Origin: Candidatus Hydrogenedentota bacterium
GTDB taxonomy: Bacteria > Hydrogenedentota > Hydrogenedentia > Hydrogenedentales > SLHB01
NCBI GenBank assembly: GCA_963745075.1
Contig: CAVUWV010000024.1
Location: forward strand, 64,001-128,000
Length of the DNA stretch: 64,000 nt
Direction of reading: 5' to 3'
Below are positions 1 to 10,483 of the stretch, one piece after another. Numbering within the stretch: the stretch's first letter is position 1; every line of letters starts with the position of its first letter. The notes under the pieces are model-generated. The model was not told where the DNA came from. It saw only the letters and a list, made by a program, of their open reading frames with translations, and did not search any database. Both the position numbers and the translations under genes were made by a program.

Positions 1-2008
1 TTCTGGGCGGTGCCAACAATCCCCTGAAAGTCTGGGGCGTCGTCTACACGATGAATCTGGACCGCGAGAACATCGACGCCTATCTCACCGAGCTGGACGT
101 GATCAACCTTTGGACTTGGCACGCCAAAGACATCCCGCAGATTCGGGAACACGTTACGGACGCCCACCAGCGATTTCCCGAAAAGCCCATCGTTCTCGGT
201 TTGTATCTTTATGACTACGGCGACAATCGCCGGATGCCACTCGATTTGCTTGCAGAACAGTGCGATGCTGCGCTCGAACTGGCCCGTTCCGGCAAGATTC
301 AAGGCATCGTGTTCTTAACGATCACCGACGATCCGGCTACGGTAGGTTGGGCAGCGGATTGGGTTGAAACGTCAAGAATACGCCGCTTGGGACGGGTCAA
401 CCGTCTGAGCCGCCAAAGGAAACCGCCGTGCGCCTGGATGACGGCTCCAACTGGCGGTTCCTGGGTGGGGATTGGTCCCAGGATGCGGAGGGTGTCATTC
501 GTCCGGCCAACGTGCGGAACCTGCATAGTCGCGCATTCAACCTCGACCATGCCTACGGCGATTTCACTGCCGAATTCGAATTCAACGGCGACTACCGCGA
601 AACCGGCACGGGAAGCGCTGGAATCATTCTTCGGGCGCAAGACGCCAACCATTTCTACTTCGTCTACTTCCCCTGGGGCGGGCAGCAACTGCGCGCCAAA
701 CATTTCTGGGCGGCGATCGCAAAAGTCGACGGCGACGGGTATATCCGCCATCTCGCTGCCGAATGGGTGCCGGGACTGCCGAGCGAAACGGACCGGTGGT
801 ACCAGGTGAAGGTGGAAGCAGAAGGACCCCACATCCGCGTATGGGTGGATGGATTTCGATCTATGGAAGTCACCGATGACACCTACGCAGCGGGCCGGAT
901 CGGTTTGGCCGGGTACGGGTGGTACGCCTTTCGCAACGTTCGCATTCAGGGTGCCGAGGTTGAATCCACCGAGTGGATCGAGACCGGCCCGATTCCGCAG
1001 CACACGTTTACCGTCGGCTTGTCGAGCGACCAGATGCCCAGCGGGTGCATCGCACCCAATGGCGACGTGATTCTCGCCGCGGGGAATGTCCTGGTCCGCT
1101 CGACGGACCATGGCCGCACGTGGGATACGCCGGAGACCCTGCCGGATACACTCGGTACCGTCACGGACTACGGGAATGGGATGTTTGCGTCCGGCGACCG
1201 GCTCTTCGTGATGATCTACAACGCGCAGGAGTCCGTGGGTAAACCCGTGCCGGATATCTCATTGTCCGAATCCATCGACAATGGGACGACCTGGTCCGAT
1301 CCGGTCCCGGCGGAGGTCGCGGGCGAATGGCCGTCGTATCCCAAGAATCTTGTGCCTTACGGACCGTTGACGGAGAATTCGGACGGGGTGTGGATGCGCT
1401 TCCTGCTCGGCGGCGTTAAGCTCGAAAACGATCCGTTCACGGATGTTCGCACCTGGGGCGCGATTCACGCCAAGGCGTTCGTCATTCGCAGCACGGATAA
1501 GGGCGAGAGCTGGTCGGCGCCTATCGAACTGGACCGTCCCTCATGGGTAGGGGTCGAGCGGGGGACCATTCCGGGGTCGCTTGATTTCACTGAGCCGACC
1601 GCCGTCGTGATGGGCGACACCGTGACGGCGCTGATTCGCCCCGTCTACAGCCCGTACATGTGGCAATGCTGGTCCTACGACGGCGGCGCTACGTGGGATG
1701 CAGCGAGGCGCGCCACATTTCCCGGCTATGCGCAGTCCATGGTCCGTACGAGTTCCGGCGCGATTCTTTGCGCGCACCGCTATCCGCATTACGCAGTCAA
1801 TGTCAGTCGTGACCGCGGATTGCATTGGGACGCGGGGACGGTCATTGACTACCCAGTATGGGCGATGGGATGCCTTCTCGAGGTCGAACCGGATATCGTG
1901 TTGTCGACGTACATGAACGCGGAGCGTAGCCAACCCCTCCTCGCTCAACTCATCGCCGTGACGCCGACGGGAATCCGACCGGTCGTGCGGAACAATTCTC
2001 AGCCCTGA
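1..2008 (+). CDS. 5'-truncated multidomain protein: uncharacterised alpha/beta domain + DUF1080-like lectin module + Asp-box (BNR) beta-propeller; one frameshift at ~367
   Basis: Frame open from base 3 (LGGANNPLKVWGVVYTMNL...WAADWVE). The 428..2008 frame opens at 368 after a TGA at 365, and GAA/AAC share one A (one base missing). DUF1080-like 'WYQVKVEAEGPHIRVWVDG...GRIGL'; five Asp-boxes (STDHGRTW, SIDNGTTW, STDKGESW, SYDGGATW, SRDRGLHW). Confidence 0.7.
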
Positions 2009-2265
2009 TCGCCCGGAACCGGCAAGGGATCGCCGGTCATAAGGCCAAGCGACGTGCGGAACCGGTTGGCCAAGGGCAAGGTTTCTTCGCGGTATGGGGA
2101 CTTGTTGAAGAAGCCACGATTCTGATCCGGAATCACGTGCAGCATCGCCCGGTTTCCCCGTCGCGTCAAATAACCGGATGTTGTTTCAGTCGCGCCATCG
2201 GTAGCATTGTAGTGGCCGCGAGCGAACGTAGGACGATTTCGGGGCGCCAGAAGGGAGATGGCTTC

Positions 2266-3243
2266 ATGAACGGCGAGAATCCAATCGGACGACGGATTTT
2301 TCTGGGGAGCGCCTGTGCTGCCGCCGCGTCAACACTGCTGCCGTCCGGTGTTGAAGCGGCGGAGGAGGGCGCGTCCAACATCCCGCCTATCCCGATTGTG
2401 GATACGCACGTACACTTCTGGGATTCCAAACACCTCCGTTACCCGTGGCTTGACAAGTCCGAACTGCTCAACCGCCCGTACCTTCCCGCAGACTATACCC
2501 AGTCGATTGAGGGCGTGAACGTCGAACGGATCGTATTCGTGCAAGCCGCGTGTATCCCCGAACAGGCGCTCGTCGAAGTCGACTGGGTCACGGAACTGGC
2601 GAAGGACGATTCGCGCATTCAAGGGATCGTGGGATCGGCGCCCTTGGAGTTGGGCGACGCCGTGTTGCCCATTCTGCAATTCATGGCGAAGAACCCCCTC
2701 GTTAAAGGCATCCGGCGGTACGTCGCGGGAGAAACGGATATCGAGTTTATTCTGCAACCCGGCTTCGTGCGCGGCGTACTCCATCTTGCGTCGGTGGGAT
2801 TCACCTGCGACTTGGGAGTTCGCCGCGAGCAGCTCCCTGCCGCTACCGAGTTGGCGCGACGATGCCCCGGCGTGCGATTCATGCTCAACCACATCGGCGT
2901 ACCGGACATCAAGAATCACCAACTCGATCCGTGGCGCGAACACCTCCGTACGATGGCCGCGTTGCCCAACGTCTCCTGCAAGCTTTCCGGCGTAGCAACC
3001 GCCGCCGACCATGATAACTGGACCCCGGAGGATCTCAGGCCCGCCATCGATCACGTCATTGATTGCTTTGGATTCGACCGGACCGCCTTCGGCAGCGATT
3101 GGCCCGTCATGCTTCAGGCCACGACCTATCCCCGCTGGATAGAGACCGTTGGGCAATTGACCCGCGGTTGCTCGGAGCGTGAACTACGTCTATTGTTCCG
3201 CGGCACTGCAGAGCGAGTCTACGATTTGAATGTTCGCGGCTGA
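2266..3243 (+). CDS. Amidohydrolase_2 family, L-fuconolactonase-like sugar lactonase, with Tat signal
   Basis: DTHVHFW, LNHIG, KLSG and FGSDWP motifs; GRRIFLG twin-arginine leader; GGGAG upstream of ATG 2266. Confidence 0.85.
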   Translation: MNGENPIGRRIFLGSACAAAASTLLPSGVEAAEEGASNIPPIPIVDTHVHFWDSKHLRYPWLDKSELLNRPYLPADYTQSIEGVNVERIVFVQAACIPEQALVEVDWVTELAKDDSRIQGIVGSAPLELGDAVLPILQFMAKNPLVKGIRRYVAGETDIEFILQPGFVRGVLHLASVGFTCDLGVRREQLPAATELARRCPGVRFMLNHIGVPDIKNHQLDPWREHLRTMAALPNVSCKLSGVATAADHDNWTPEDLRPAIDHVIDCFGFDRTAFGSDWPVMLQATTYPRWIETVGQLTRGCSERELRLLFRGTAERVYDLNVRG

Positions 3244-3377
3244 GCTGTTTTGGGTATGGCATCGGTCTTCTTGGTTTCGAAACGGCTAGTGCTATCCGAT
3301 TCCGGCCCGAAGTCACGACCGCGCCACCGTAGTGGTGGGCATCCGCAAAAAAAAACAGATTCCGCCAGAGTCACAAA

Positions 3378-3454
<77 letters not shown>

Positions 3455-3467
3455 AAATGAAGGCGAC

Positions 3468-3496
3468 AGTTTAGCATAGTGGGTTGGTCGGCGCAA
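3468..3496 (-). promoter_or_regulatory. Sigma70-type promoter of tRNA-Pro
   Basis: Minus strand TTGCGC-17 nt-TAAACT with extended TG, 13 nt upstream of the tRNA. Confidence 0.6.
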
Positions 3497-3763
3497 ACTC
3501 GATGTCGCTTGGTGCGTACGCGAAACGGCCGTAACACGGCAAAACGGCAGACCGTATTGCTCGGGTGGTTATCCGGGTAGCTGGTTCGCAATGATGCGGA
3601 GGCTGCCGGCCAATAGCCGTGACTCGTCATTATCTGCCTCTTCGTCTGTTAGCGGTTTGCCTTCCTGGGGCTAGGGTGACTACAATTCCACTCCGCTTCG
3701 CAAGGGTATCGGGGTGGAGTCACGAGACAGCAAAACGCACGAAATGAGGGGAGAATAACTTTC

Positions 3764-4822
3764 ATGGCAGGGAAATTCAGGGCGGCGATGATTGGCTGTG
3801 GCGCGATTGCAGAGCGGCTTCACGTGCCCGACTATGCGGTGTGCCCGGAAGCGGAGTTGGTCGCACTGTGTGACGTGGCTGCGGGAAAGGCCGAGGCCTT
3901 GGCCCAACGCTACGCTCCGGAAGCGCGCGTCTATACCGACTACAAGAAAATGTTGAAAAACGAGCAGCTCGACGGGGTCACGATCGCGCTGGCGAACACG
4001 CTCCATGCGCCCGTAACGTTGGATGCGCTGAAAGCCGGGTGTCACGTGTTTATCGAAAAGCCGATGGCGGCGAGTTCGGCGGAAGCGCAACGGATGATCG
4101 ATGCCGCGAAGAAGGCGCGCAAATTGCTCATGGTCAACCAGACCCAGCGCCGCTTGGGCGTTCATCGCAAGGCGCGGGAAATCGTCGAGAGCGGCGTGCT
4201 CGGGAAAATCCTTCACGTCACCGGCATGTTCGGTCACGAAGGTCCCGACCACTGGAGCGCGGAAAGCAAGTGGTTTTTCCAGAAGGACAAGGCCCGGTTC
4301 GGCGCCATGGCCGACCTCGGCATTCACAAGGCCGATGTCATTCGATACATCACTGGCAAGGAAATCGGCGAGATCTCCGCGTTTACGGCGATCCTGGAGA
4401 AGACGTGGGGTGATGTCGAAGACAACTTCGTCTCGTGCTTCAAATTCACCGATGGCACCGTGGGAACGCTCTGTTCGTCTTGGACCATCAAGGGTATGGA
4501 TGCCAGTTATACGATCCTTCATTGCAGCAATGGTACGCTCCAAGTGGCGCTCCAGGAGGAGAAACCACTGGTTGCGCGTCTCATGAATCCGGAGTGCGAA
4601 ATCGTTTTCGACGTCCCGGCGCCATTGAACGATTATCCCGGTTCCTGGGGTTGCGACGTAAGCGGCGGTTTTGTGCGCGCGGCGATGGGGCTTGAGCCCC
4701 CATTCTGCACGGGCGAAGAAGGCAAGAAATCACTGGAAATCATCCTTGCCGGAGAGAAAGCCGCCCAAACGGGGCGTACCGTCAAATTGAATCACTCAAA
4801 AGTGAAGAGACGCATCGCCTAG
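3764..4822 (+). CDS. Gfo/Idh/MocA family oxidoreductase (cytoplasmic)
   Basis: IGCGAIA Rossmann motif, HVFIEKPMA, DLGIHKAD; GGGGGAG RBS. Confidence 0.92.
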   Translation: MAGKFRAAMIGCGAIAERLHVPDYAVCPEAELVALCDVAAGKAEALAQRYAPEARVYTDYKKMLKNEQLDGVTIALANTLHAPVTLDALKAGCHVFIEKPMAASSAEAQRMIDAAKKARKLLMVNQTQRRLGVHRKAREIVESGVLGKILHVTGMFGHEGPDHWSAESKWFFQKDKARFGAMADLGIHKADVIRYITGKEIGEISAFTAILEKTWGDVEDNFVSCFKFTDGTVGTLCSSWTIKGMDASYTILHCSNGTLQVALQEEKPLVARLMNPECEIVFDVPAPLNDYPGSWGCDVSGGFVRAAMGLEPPFCTGEEGKKSLEIILAGEKAAQTGRTVKLNHSKVKRRIA

Positions 4823-4848
4823 CGATCGGCGCTCGGAGACTGAATACT

Positions 4849-5935
4849 ATGGAACATTTAACCGTCAGGTTGGGTAATCGATCGTACCCGATCTATCTAG
4901 GTGAAGGGGCCCTCAGCGCCTTGCCCCGCGTGCTATCGGATTTGAGCGCGTACGGAACCGTTGCTATTGTCACAGACACGAATGTGGCGCCCTTGTACGC
5001 TGACAAGATTGCGGACTTGGTTCAGCAGTCGGATATATCGGCAAAGGTCTGTACCATTCCTGCCGGCGAAGAACATAAACGCATCGAACAGATCGACTAC
5101 TTGTGCGGGGAATTCCTGGCCGCGGGCCTCGATCGGTCGAGCGTTGTCGTAGCGCTGGGGGGGGGCGTGGTAGGCGATGTGACCGGCTACGCGGCGGCGT
5201 CCTACATGCGCGGCGTCCGGCACGTGCAGGTACCGACCACGATTGTGGCGCAGGTGGACAGCAGCGTAGGCGGGAAGACGGGTGTGAATCATGCGCGCGC
5301 CAAAAACATCATCGGCGCGTTCCATCAGCCTTCGGCGGTGGTGGTCGATCTGCGTCTTGCTCAAGACGCTGCCGGAACGGGAACTGCGCGCTGGCCTCGC
5401 CGAGGTCATAAAGCACGGCGTGATTGCGGATGAAATCCTCTTTACGTATCTGGAAGAACAAGTGGAATCCATCCTTGCGGGTGCCTTACACGCCCTTCAG
5501 TATCCGATTAAGCGATCCTGCGAAATTAAGTCGACCATCGTGGCCGCTGACGAGCGGGAACATGGGCTCCGTGCGAATCTGAACTACGGACATACCTTCG
5601 GTCACGGGATCGAGGCCGCTTCGGACTACACGAAGTTTCTCCATGGGGAAGCAGTCGCCTTGGGTATGGTTGCCGCGGGTGCGCTTGCGAAAGATCTTGG
5701 TTTGGTGGGCGACGCCTTTGTGGACCGTCAACGCGCATGCATCGCCTCCTACGGACTTCCGGTGTCATGGCCGGACATCCCCGTGGATCGCGTACTCGAT
5801 GCCATGCGGCATGATAAGAAGGTTCGCGCGGGCGCCATGAAGTTTGTCGTTGCGGACGAGATCGGCCATGTCGTGCAACGGACGGAAGTGACGACCGGCC
5901 AGGCGCGAGCTGCACTCGAAACCTTACGCGGATAA
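4849..5935 (+). CDS. aroB: 3-dehydroquinate synthase, split by a +1 frameshift at ~5350-5358
   Basis: ALGGGVVGD, VPTT, DSSVGGKTGVN and KNIIGAFHQP in ORF 4849; LKTLPERE..AGLAEVIKHG, LNYGHTFGH, LHGEAVALG and DKK in ORF 5291. Confidence 0.93.
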
Positions 5936-5965
5936 GCCCGCACCGAAACGGGAAGGAGTAAGCCG

Positions 5966-6799
5966 ATGGCCTTTGGCGGTGACAACGCAGAGAGCTATTA
6001 CGACGAAGGTCTGACCGCTGCCATGAAGGGCGACATGATGCGCGCGATCCAATGCTTTGACAAGGCGATCCGGATGGACAACACGTTTTCGGCCGCCTAC
6101 CATCAGCTCGGCAAAGCGTATTTACGAATCGGACGCGCTGAACAGGCCGTAGATTTGCTCCAGCAAGTGACCAACCGGCGTCCCGATCAGATTCCGCCCC
6201 GGCTGGATCTCGGCTATGCGTATTTGAGCTTGAACCGTATTGGGGAAGCGCGCCAGCAATTCGAACAAATTTTGGCGGCGGAGCCGTTGAATCCGCGCGC
6301 CCAATTGGGGCTGGCGCATGTCAACTTCGACGAGGCAAACTGGGACGCGGCGATGGAACAGGCGCGCGCCGCCCTTGCGAGCGGCGGCAAGAACTTTTCC
6401 GCCTTGTTTCTCCTGGGACGCGCCGCCAAGTTGGCCGGCGATACCCAACTGGCGCAGGATACCTTGGAATCGGCGGACAAATTGCTCAAGAAATCCATCG
6501 AATTGAACCCCGATCAACCGGAGGGGCATTTCCTTCGTGGCGAAGTGTGTTTCGCGCGCGAGCAATTCTCGACCGCCCTCGAGAATTACCGCGCTGCCGA
6601 CGACCGCACGGATGGCAAGAATCCGGATCGCCTGTATTCGGCGTTCGGCGAGAATTTTACGCAGTTGGACATCCTGGCAAAAATGGGGTTCTGTTACCAG
6701 CGGTTGGGCAAGAGCGATCGCGCCCGCGAGTTGGGGGAACAGATCCTGAAACGGGATCCGAATCACAAGATCGGGCAGTCTTTGGTGAGTGCCGACTGA
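5966..6799 (+). CDS. Tetratricopeptide repeat protein
   Basis: Repeated TPR-like helices (AYHQLGKAY..G, LDLGYAY..L..A...F, AQLGLAHV, HFLRGEV); AAGGAG RBS. Confidence 0.88.
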   Translation: MAFGGDNAESYYDEGLTAAMKGDMMRAIQCFDKAIRMDNTFSAAYHQLGKAYLRIGRAEQAVDLLQQVTNRRPDQIPPRLDLGYAYLSLNRIGEARQQFEQILAAEPLNPRAQLGLAHVNFDEANWDAAMEQARAALASGGKNFSALFLLGRAAKLAGDTQLAQDTLESADKLLKKSIELNPDQPEGHFLRGEVCFAREQFSTALENYRAADDRTDGKNPDRLYSAFGENFTQLDILAKMGFCYQRLGKSDRARELGEQILKRDPNHKIGQSLVSAD

Positions 6800-6843
6800 C
6801 CTATCGGCGCGGCTGATTCGAAACGGAGCGGGTGAAACGATCG

Positions 6844-7479
6844 ATGGGCGAAGTCAACGTCCAGCTAGTGCGCGAGTTCTTCGAACTGAACATGTTTCAG
6901 GTCATGACGAACTGGCAGCAGGGAACACGCTTCCGCGCGGGAGAACACAGCGGTCAGTTGTTCGTCCAGAACACCGTTCCCGGAATGCCGCGCGATTTAC
7001 CGTTCTTGCTGAATCCGGCAGATGTGGCCGCGATCGAGCGTGCCGTCATCGAGGTTCGCGCGTGGCACGGCGACCGCTTCTATCCATCGGTTATCGAGGC
7101 GAATCCCGTTCTGTATCAGTTCGCTTCGAGCGATTCATTGTCGCTCGCCGCCGAAGTCTTCGGTGGTTTGCCCTTTACAACTATTCTCATCGTTTCGGAG
7201 CTTCCTGCGGGAATCGAACATCGGTCGCGTTCCCTCGGCCTGTTGCAGGAATCGGGGATCGGGCATGTTGTGGAGTTTCCCAGCGTCCTGCGCGAACTCG
7301 TGTTGAAGGTCGACGAAGGCGGTCATTATCCTGCTTCACAAACGCTGCAAACGCTGCGCCTGTTGAAGCGATATCGGCTCGTGCGAAATCAACAGATGGA
7401 ATTCGCCTTTGCGGCGGAGGCGCCCATACCCGAAACGCCTCCGCGGATTGATACGACGGAAGTTCCTGACGAAGAGTAG
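6844..7479 (+). CDS. Conserved hypothetical protein, degenerate PD-(D/E)XK nuclease-like fold
   Basis: N-terminal helix 'EVNVQLVREFFELNMFQV', then 'GQLFV' and 'AVIEVRAW' in the positions of the PD and ExK motifs. Start chosen at ATG 6844; GTG 6832 is an alternative. Confidence 0.6.
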   Translation: MGEVNVQLVREFFELNMFQVMTNWQQGTRFRAGEHSGQLFVQNTVPGMPRDLPFLLNPADVAAIERAVIEVRAWHGDRFYPSVIEANPVLYQFASSDSLSLAAEVFGGLPFTTILIVSELPAGIEHRSRSLGLLQESGIGHVVEFPSVLRELVLKVDEGGHYPASQTLQTLRLLKRYRLVRNQQMEFAFAAEAPIPETPPRIDTTEVPDEE

Positions 7480-7499
7480 CCGGTGAAAGGGAGGCGCGT

Positions 7500-8081
7500 A
7501 TGTCCGATCCGCGATACCAGCAAACGCAGTACATGATCCGCCGAAAGGTCTTTAAGTTGGTAGGAGCCGCATTTCATATTTACGACCCGGCGGGCAACGT
7601 CTTGTTCTACTCCAAGCTCAAGGCGTTCAAGCTCAAGGAAGACATTCGGCTGTACGCCGGCGAGGATATGTCCGCGGAACTGCTTTGCATCAAAGCGCGG
7701 AATATTATCGATTTCAGCGCCGCATACGACGTCGTCGACGCCCAAACCGGCGAACGCGTTGGCGCGTTGAAGCGCAAGGGATTCCGGTCCATGCTGCGCG
7801 ACGAGTGGATTATCATGAACGCGGCGGACCAGGAGATTGGAACGCTTCAGGAAGATAGCATGGCCATGGCGCTGCTTCGCCGATTCCTTACGAATCTCAT
7901 TCCCCAGTCCTTTACGGGCACGGTCAATGGGGTCCCTGTTTTCAATTTTCACCGGCATTTCAATCCCTTTGTGCTCCGGATGGATATGGACTTCTCGCCC
8001 GATACCCAGGGCCTACTGGACCGTCGGTTGGGTCTTGCCGCAGGTGTGTTGGTGTCTGCGATAGAGGGCCGGCAGGAATAA
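7500..8081 (+). CDS. LURP-one/scramblase (tubby C-terminal-like) family protein
   Basis: YMIRRKVFKL, KLKEDIRLY, YDVVD...GALKRKG.RS.LRDEW and LDRRLGLA; GGGAGG RBS. Confidence 0.8.
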   Translation: MSDPRYQQTQYMIRRKVFKLVGAAFHIYDPAGNVLFYSKLKAFKLKEDIRLYAGEDMSAELLCIKARNIIDFSAAYDVVDAQTGERVGALKRKGFRSMLRDEWIIMNAADQEIGTLQEDSMAMALLRRFLTNLIPQSFTGTVNGVPVFNFHRHFNPFVLRMDMDFSPDTQGLLDRRLGLAAGVLVSAIEGRQE

Positions 8082-8216
8082 GGTTCTTCGGAACCGGGTT
8101 ACCTTGAGGATCGAGCTTCTCGTGTGCGTCGGGCAGGAAGCCGTCAACCAGCCCCGGATGTATTGCCAATTCACGCGCGGCATATAACCGCCAATACGAC
8201 GATGACAGGTAGTGCC

Positions 8217-9485
8217 ATGAAGAAACGTGTTTTGTTCCGCCGGTTCGGCTACACGCTGCTCGCGCTCGTGGCCGCATATTTTGCCCTTCGTGAACTCAAG
8301 CATCAGGCCGTGGACTGGTACGCCCAGCGCTACTACGTGCGTACCGCCGCCTTCCCCGGGACGGTCCAGCCGGACCAGATCTGCTTGACCTGGTCCCAGG
8401 ATCCGCGCACGACGCAGACGGTTCAATGGCGGACGGCGCCCTCGGTTGAAGAAGGCGTCGTGCAGTATCGTATCGGAGATGGGGACGCGGCGGCCGTCCA
8501 GAAAGTGGATGCCATTCACACCGACGTGGAAGATGCCCTGCTGAAAAACGACCCGATCAACAGCCGGTTTTCGGCGACGATCGAAGGTCTGGAACCGTCA
8601 ACAACCTATTCCTATCGCGTCGGGAGTCCCGCCAACGACACATGGAGCGACTGGGCTGATTTCACCACCGCTCCCGACGGCACGAAACCTTTCTCCTTCA
8701 TCTATCTTGGCGACGCCCAACGCGGTCTCGGGGCGTGGGGGTCGCTCATGGACAAGGCCTATGCCGCGCATCCGGAGGCGGCCTTCTACGTCATCGCGGG
8801 CGATCTGGTCAACGACGGCGGCTGGCGCAACGAGTGGGATCACTTCTTTCGCGCGGGGCAACAAATCTTCAGCCATCGTCCGCTCGTGCCGGCAATCGGA
8901 AACCACGATTACGACTACGACGAGGTTCCGCGGTTATATCAAGAGCTGTTGACCTTACCCGAGAATGGCCCCGAGAGTATTCCGTCAGAGCGAAGCTATT
9001 CTTTTGAGTACAGCAACGCCCTGTTTATCGTGTTGGATTCCAATCAGTCGGCACGGGATCAGGCGGAATGGCTGGAGGACGTACTGTCCAAATCGAATGC
9101 AACGTGGAAGTTCGCCGTCTACCACCACCCCGCATATTCCTCCGCACCCCACCGGGACAACGCGGATGTGCGCAACATCTGGGGCGCGTTGTTCGACAAG
9201 TATCATCTCGATCTTGCGTTGCAGGGACACGACCACGCCTACCTGCGCACCTACCCCATGCGGGGCGGCGAACGCGTGGATTCACCGGCGGACGGGACCA
9301 TCTACATCGTGTCCGTTTCCGGCACCAAATTCTACGATCAAGCCGATCGCGACTATGCGGAAGTGGCCTTCCCGAACGTGATGACTTACCAGACCATCGA
9401 TATTGCGACGAATCCAGATCGTCTCTCCTATCACGCCTACGATGGAGACGGGAAAGTCCGGGATGAGTTTGTCATCGAGAAGTAG
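8217..9485 (+). CDS. Purple acid phosphatase-like metallophosphoesterase with N-terminal anchor and FN3-like domain
   Basis: GDAQ, AGDLV, GNHD, HHP and GHDHAY motifs; GLEPSTTYSYRVG; N-terminal hydrophobic helix. Confidence 0.88.
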   Translation: MKKRVLFRRFGYTLLALVAAYFALRELKHQAVDWYAQRYYVRTAAFPGTVQPDQICLTWSQDPRTTQTVQWRTAPSVEEGVVQYRIGDGDAAAVQKVDAIHTDVEDALLKNDPINSRFSATIEGLEPSTTYSYRVGSPANDTWSDWADFTTAPDGTKPFSFIYLGDAQRGLGAWGSLMDKAYAAHPEAAFYVIAGDLVNDGGWRNEWDHFFRAGQQIFSHRPLVPAIGNHDYDYDEVPRLYQELLTLPENGPESIPSERSYSFEYSNALFIVLDSNQSARDQAEWLEDVLSKSNATWKFAVYHHPAYSSAPHRDNADVRNIWGALFDKYHLDLALQGHDHAYLRTYPMRGGERVDSPADGTIYIVSVSGTKFYDQADRDYAEVAFPNVMTYQTIDIATNPDRLSYHAYDGDGKVRDEFVIEK

Positions 9486-9506
9486 AGTCGCTTGATCCCC
9501 GCCCGG

Positions 9507-10463
9507 CTATACACGCGGCGCCAATAGCAGCCCACCTACCAGTACCACATCTTCGCCGAGCGCGCACGGCACGATTTCATATCGTTGCCGATAGGGTCCA
9601 AACACGATATCGTCCACGTGCTTCCGGATTGGGTCTAACAGAATATCGCCCATGAGACTGACGCCTCCGCCCAGTGCGATCCGCTCCGGATGGATCAGCG
9701 TAATGACGTTGGACAACGCAATGGCGACCGTTCTCGCTATTCGGTCGATTGCTCTGGTCGCAACGGTATCGCCTTCGCGTGCGGCATCCGCCAGTAAACC
9801 GCAGGTGATTCTCGACGGATCGTCATTCGCCAGCCGGGCCAGGGGCGTGCCGGGTTCGAGCGACGAAAGTGCGCGCAGACGTTTCTCGATGGACCATCCC
9901 GAACACAAATTCTCCAGCCTTTCCACCGCGCCAGGTGTGGACGCGGTAAAGTCCGGCACATAGGTGTGACCGATCTCCGCCGCGCCAAAGCCCTGTCCAT
10001 CATGAAGCCGCCCGTCGATCACAAAGGCGCCCCCAATGCCGCTACCGATGTTCATGTAACAGAAAGTTCCGGTGCCTTTCCCCGCGCCGCAGCAGTACTC
10101 CGCCCAACCCGCCGCGTTTGCGTCGTTCGCTACCACCGTCGGCATACCGAACCGATCTTCGAACCATTGCTTCAACGGAAAGCCTGACCATCCACCGACT
10201 TGATGGGATACCAAAGCCGTTCCCGCCAGGCTGTCCACCGGCCCGCCGAACCCGATGCCCATGCCGGATACCTTCCAACCCTCCGCTTGGGCTTGTGATT
10301 GCAGCCGGGGGACCGATTCCTCGAACCAGGTGAGAATGGATTCGGCTCCTGCTGCAGAATTAGCTGCACCCCGTTCCTTTTCTAAGATTTCCCCGTCGGC
10401 TCGGCCTAGGGCGGCTTGAAGCTTGGTGCCTCCGATTTCGATTGCCAGTACCGTGTTGCTCAT
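9507..10463 (-). CDS. ROK family sugar kinase
   Basis: EIGGTK, GIGFGGP, NDANAA, GSGIGG, AEIGHT and GGGV motifs. Confidence 0.92.
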   Translation of the reverse strand: MSNTVLAIEIGGTKLQAALGRADGEILEKERGAANSAAGAESILTWFEESVPRLQSQAQAEGWKVSGMGIGFGGPVDSLAGTALVSHQVGGWSGFPLKQWFEDRFGMPTVVANDANAAGWAEYCCGAGKGTGTFCYMNIGSGIGGAFVIDGRLHDGQGFGAAEIGHTYVPDFTASTPGAVERLENLCSGWSIEKRLRALSSLEPGTPLARLANDDPSRITCGLLADAAREGDTVATRAIDRIARTVAIALSNVITLIHPERIALGGGVSLMGDILLDPIRKHVDDIVFGPYRQRYEIVPCALGEDVVLVGGLLLAPRV

Positions 10464-10483
10464 GACAAGTCCAAGCCGGTTGG

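Noticed and set aside
2095..2200. Possible IS/MITE end remnant (GGACTTGTTGAAGAAG)
   Set aside because: No convincing inverted partner or target duplication.
4849..5935. aroB, GH28 and others as pseudogenes or programmed frameshifts
   Set aside because: Both halves keep all motifs, there is no slippery heptamer, and similar single-base breaks recur across unrelated genes, so sequencing error is more parsimonious.
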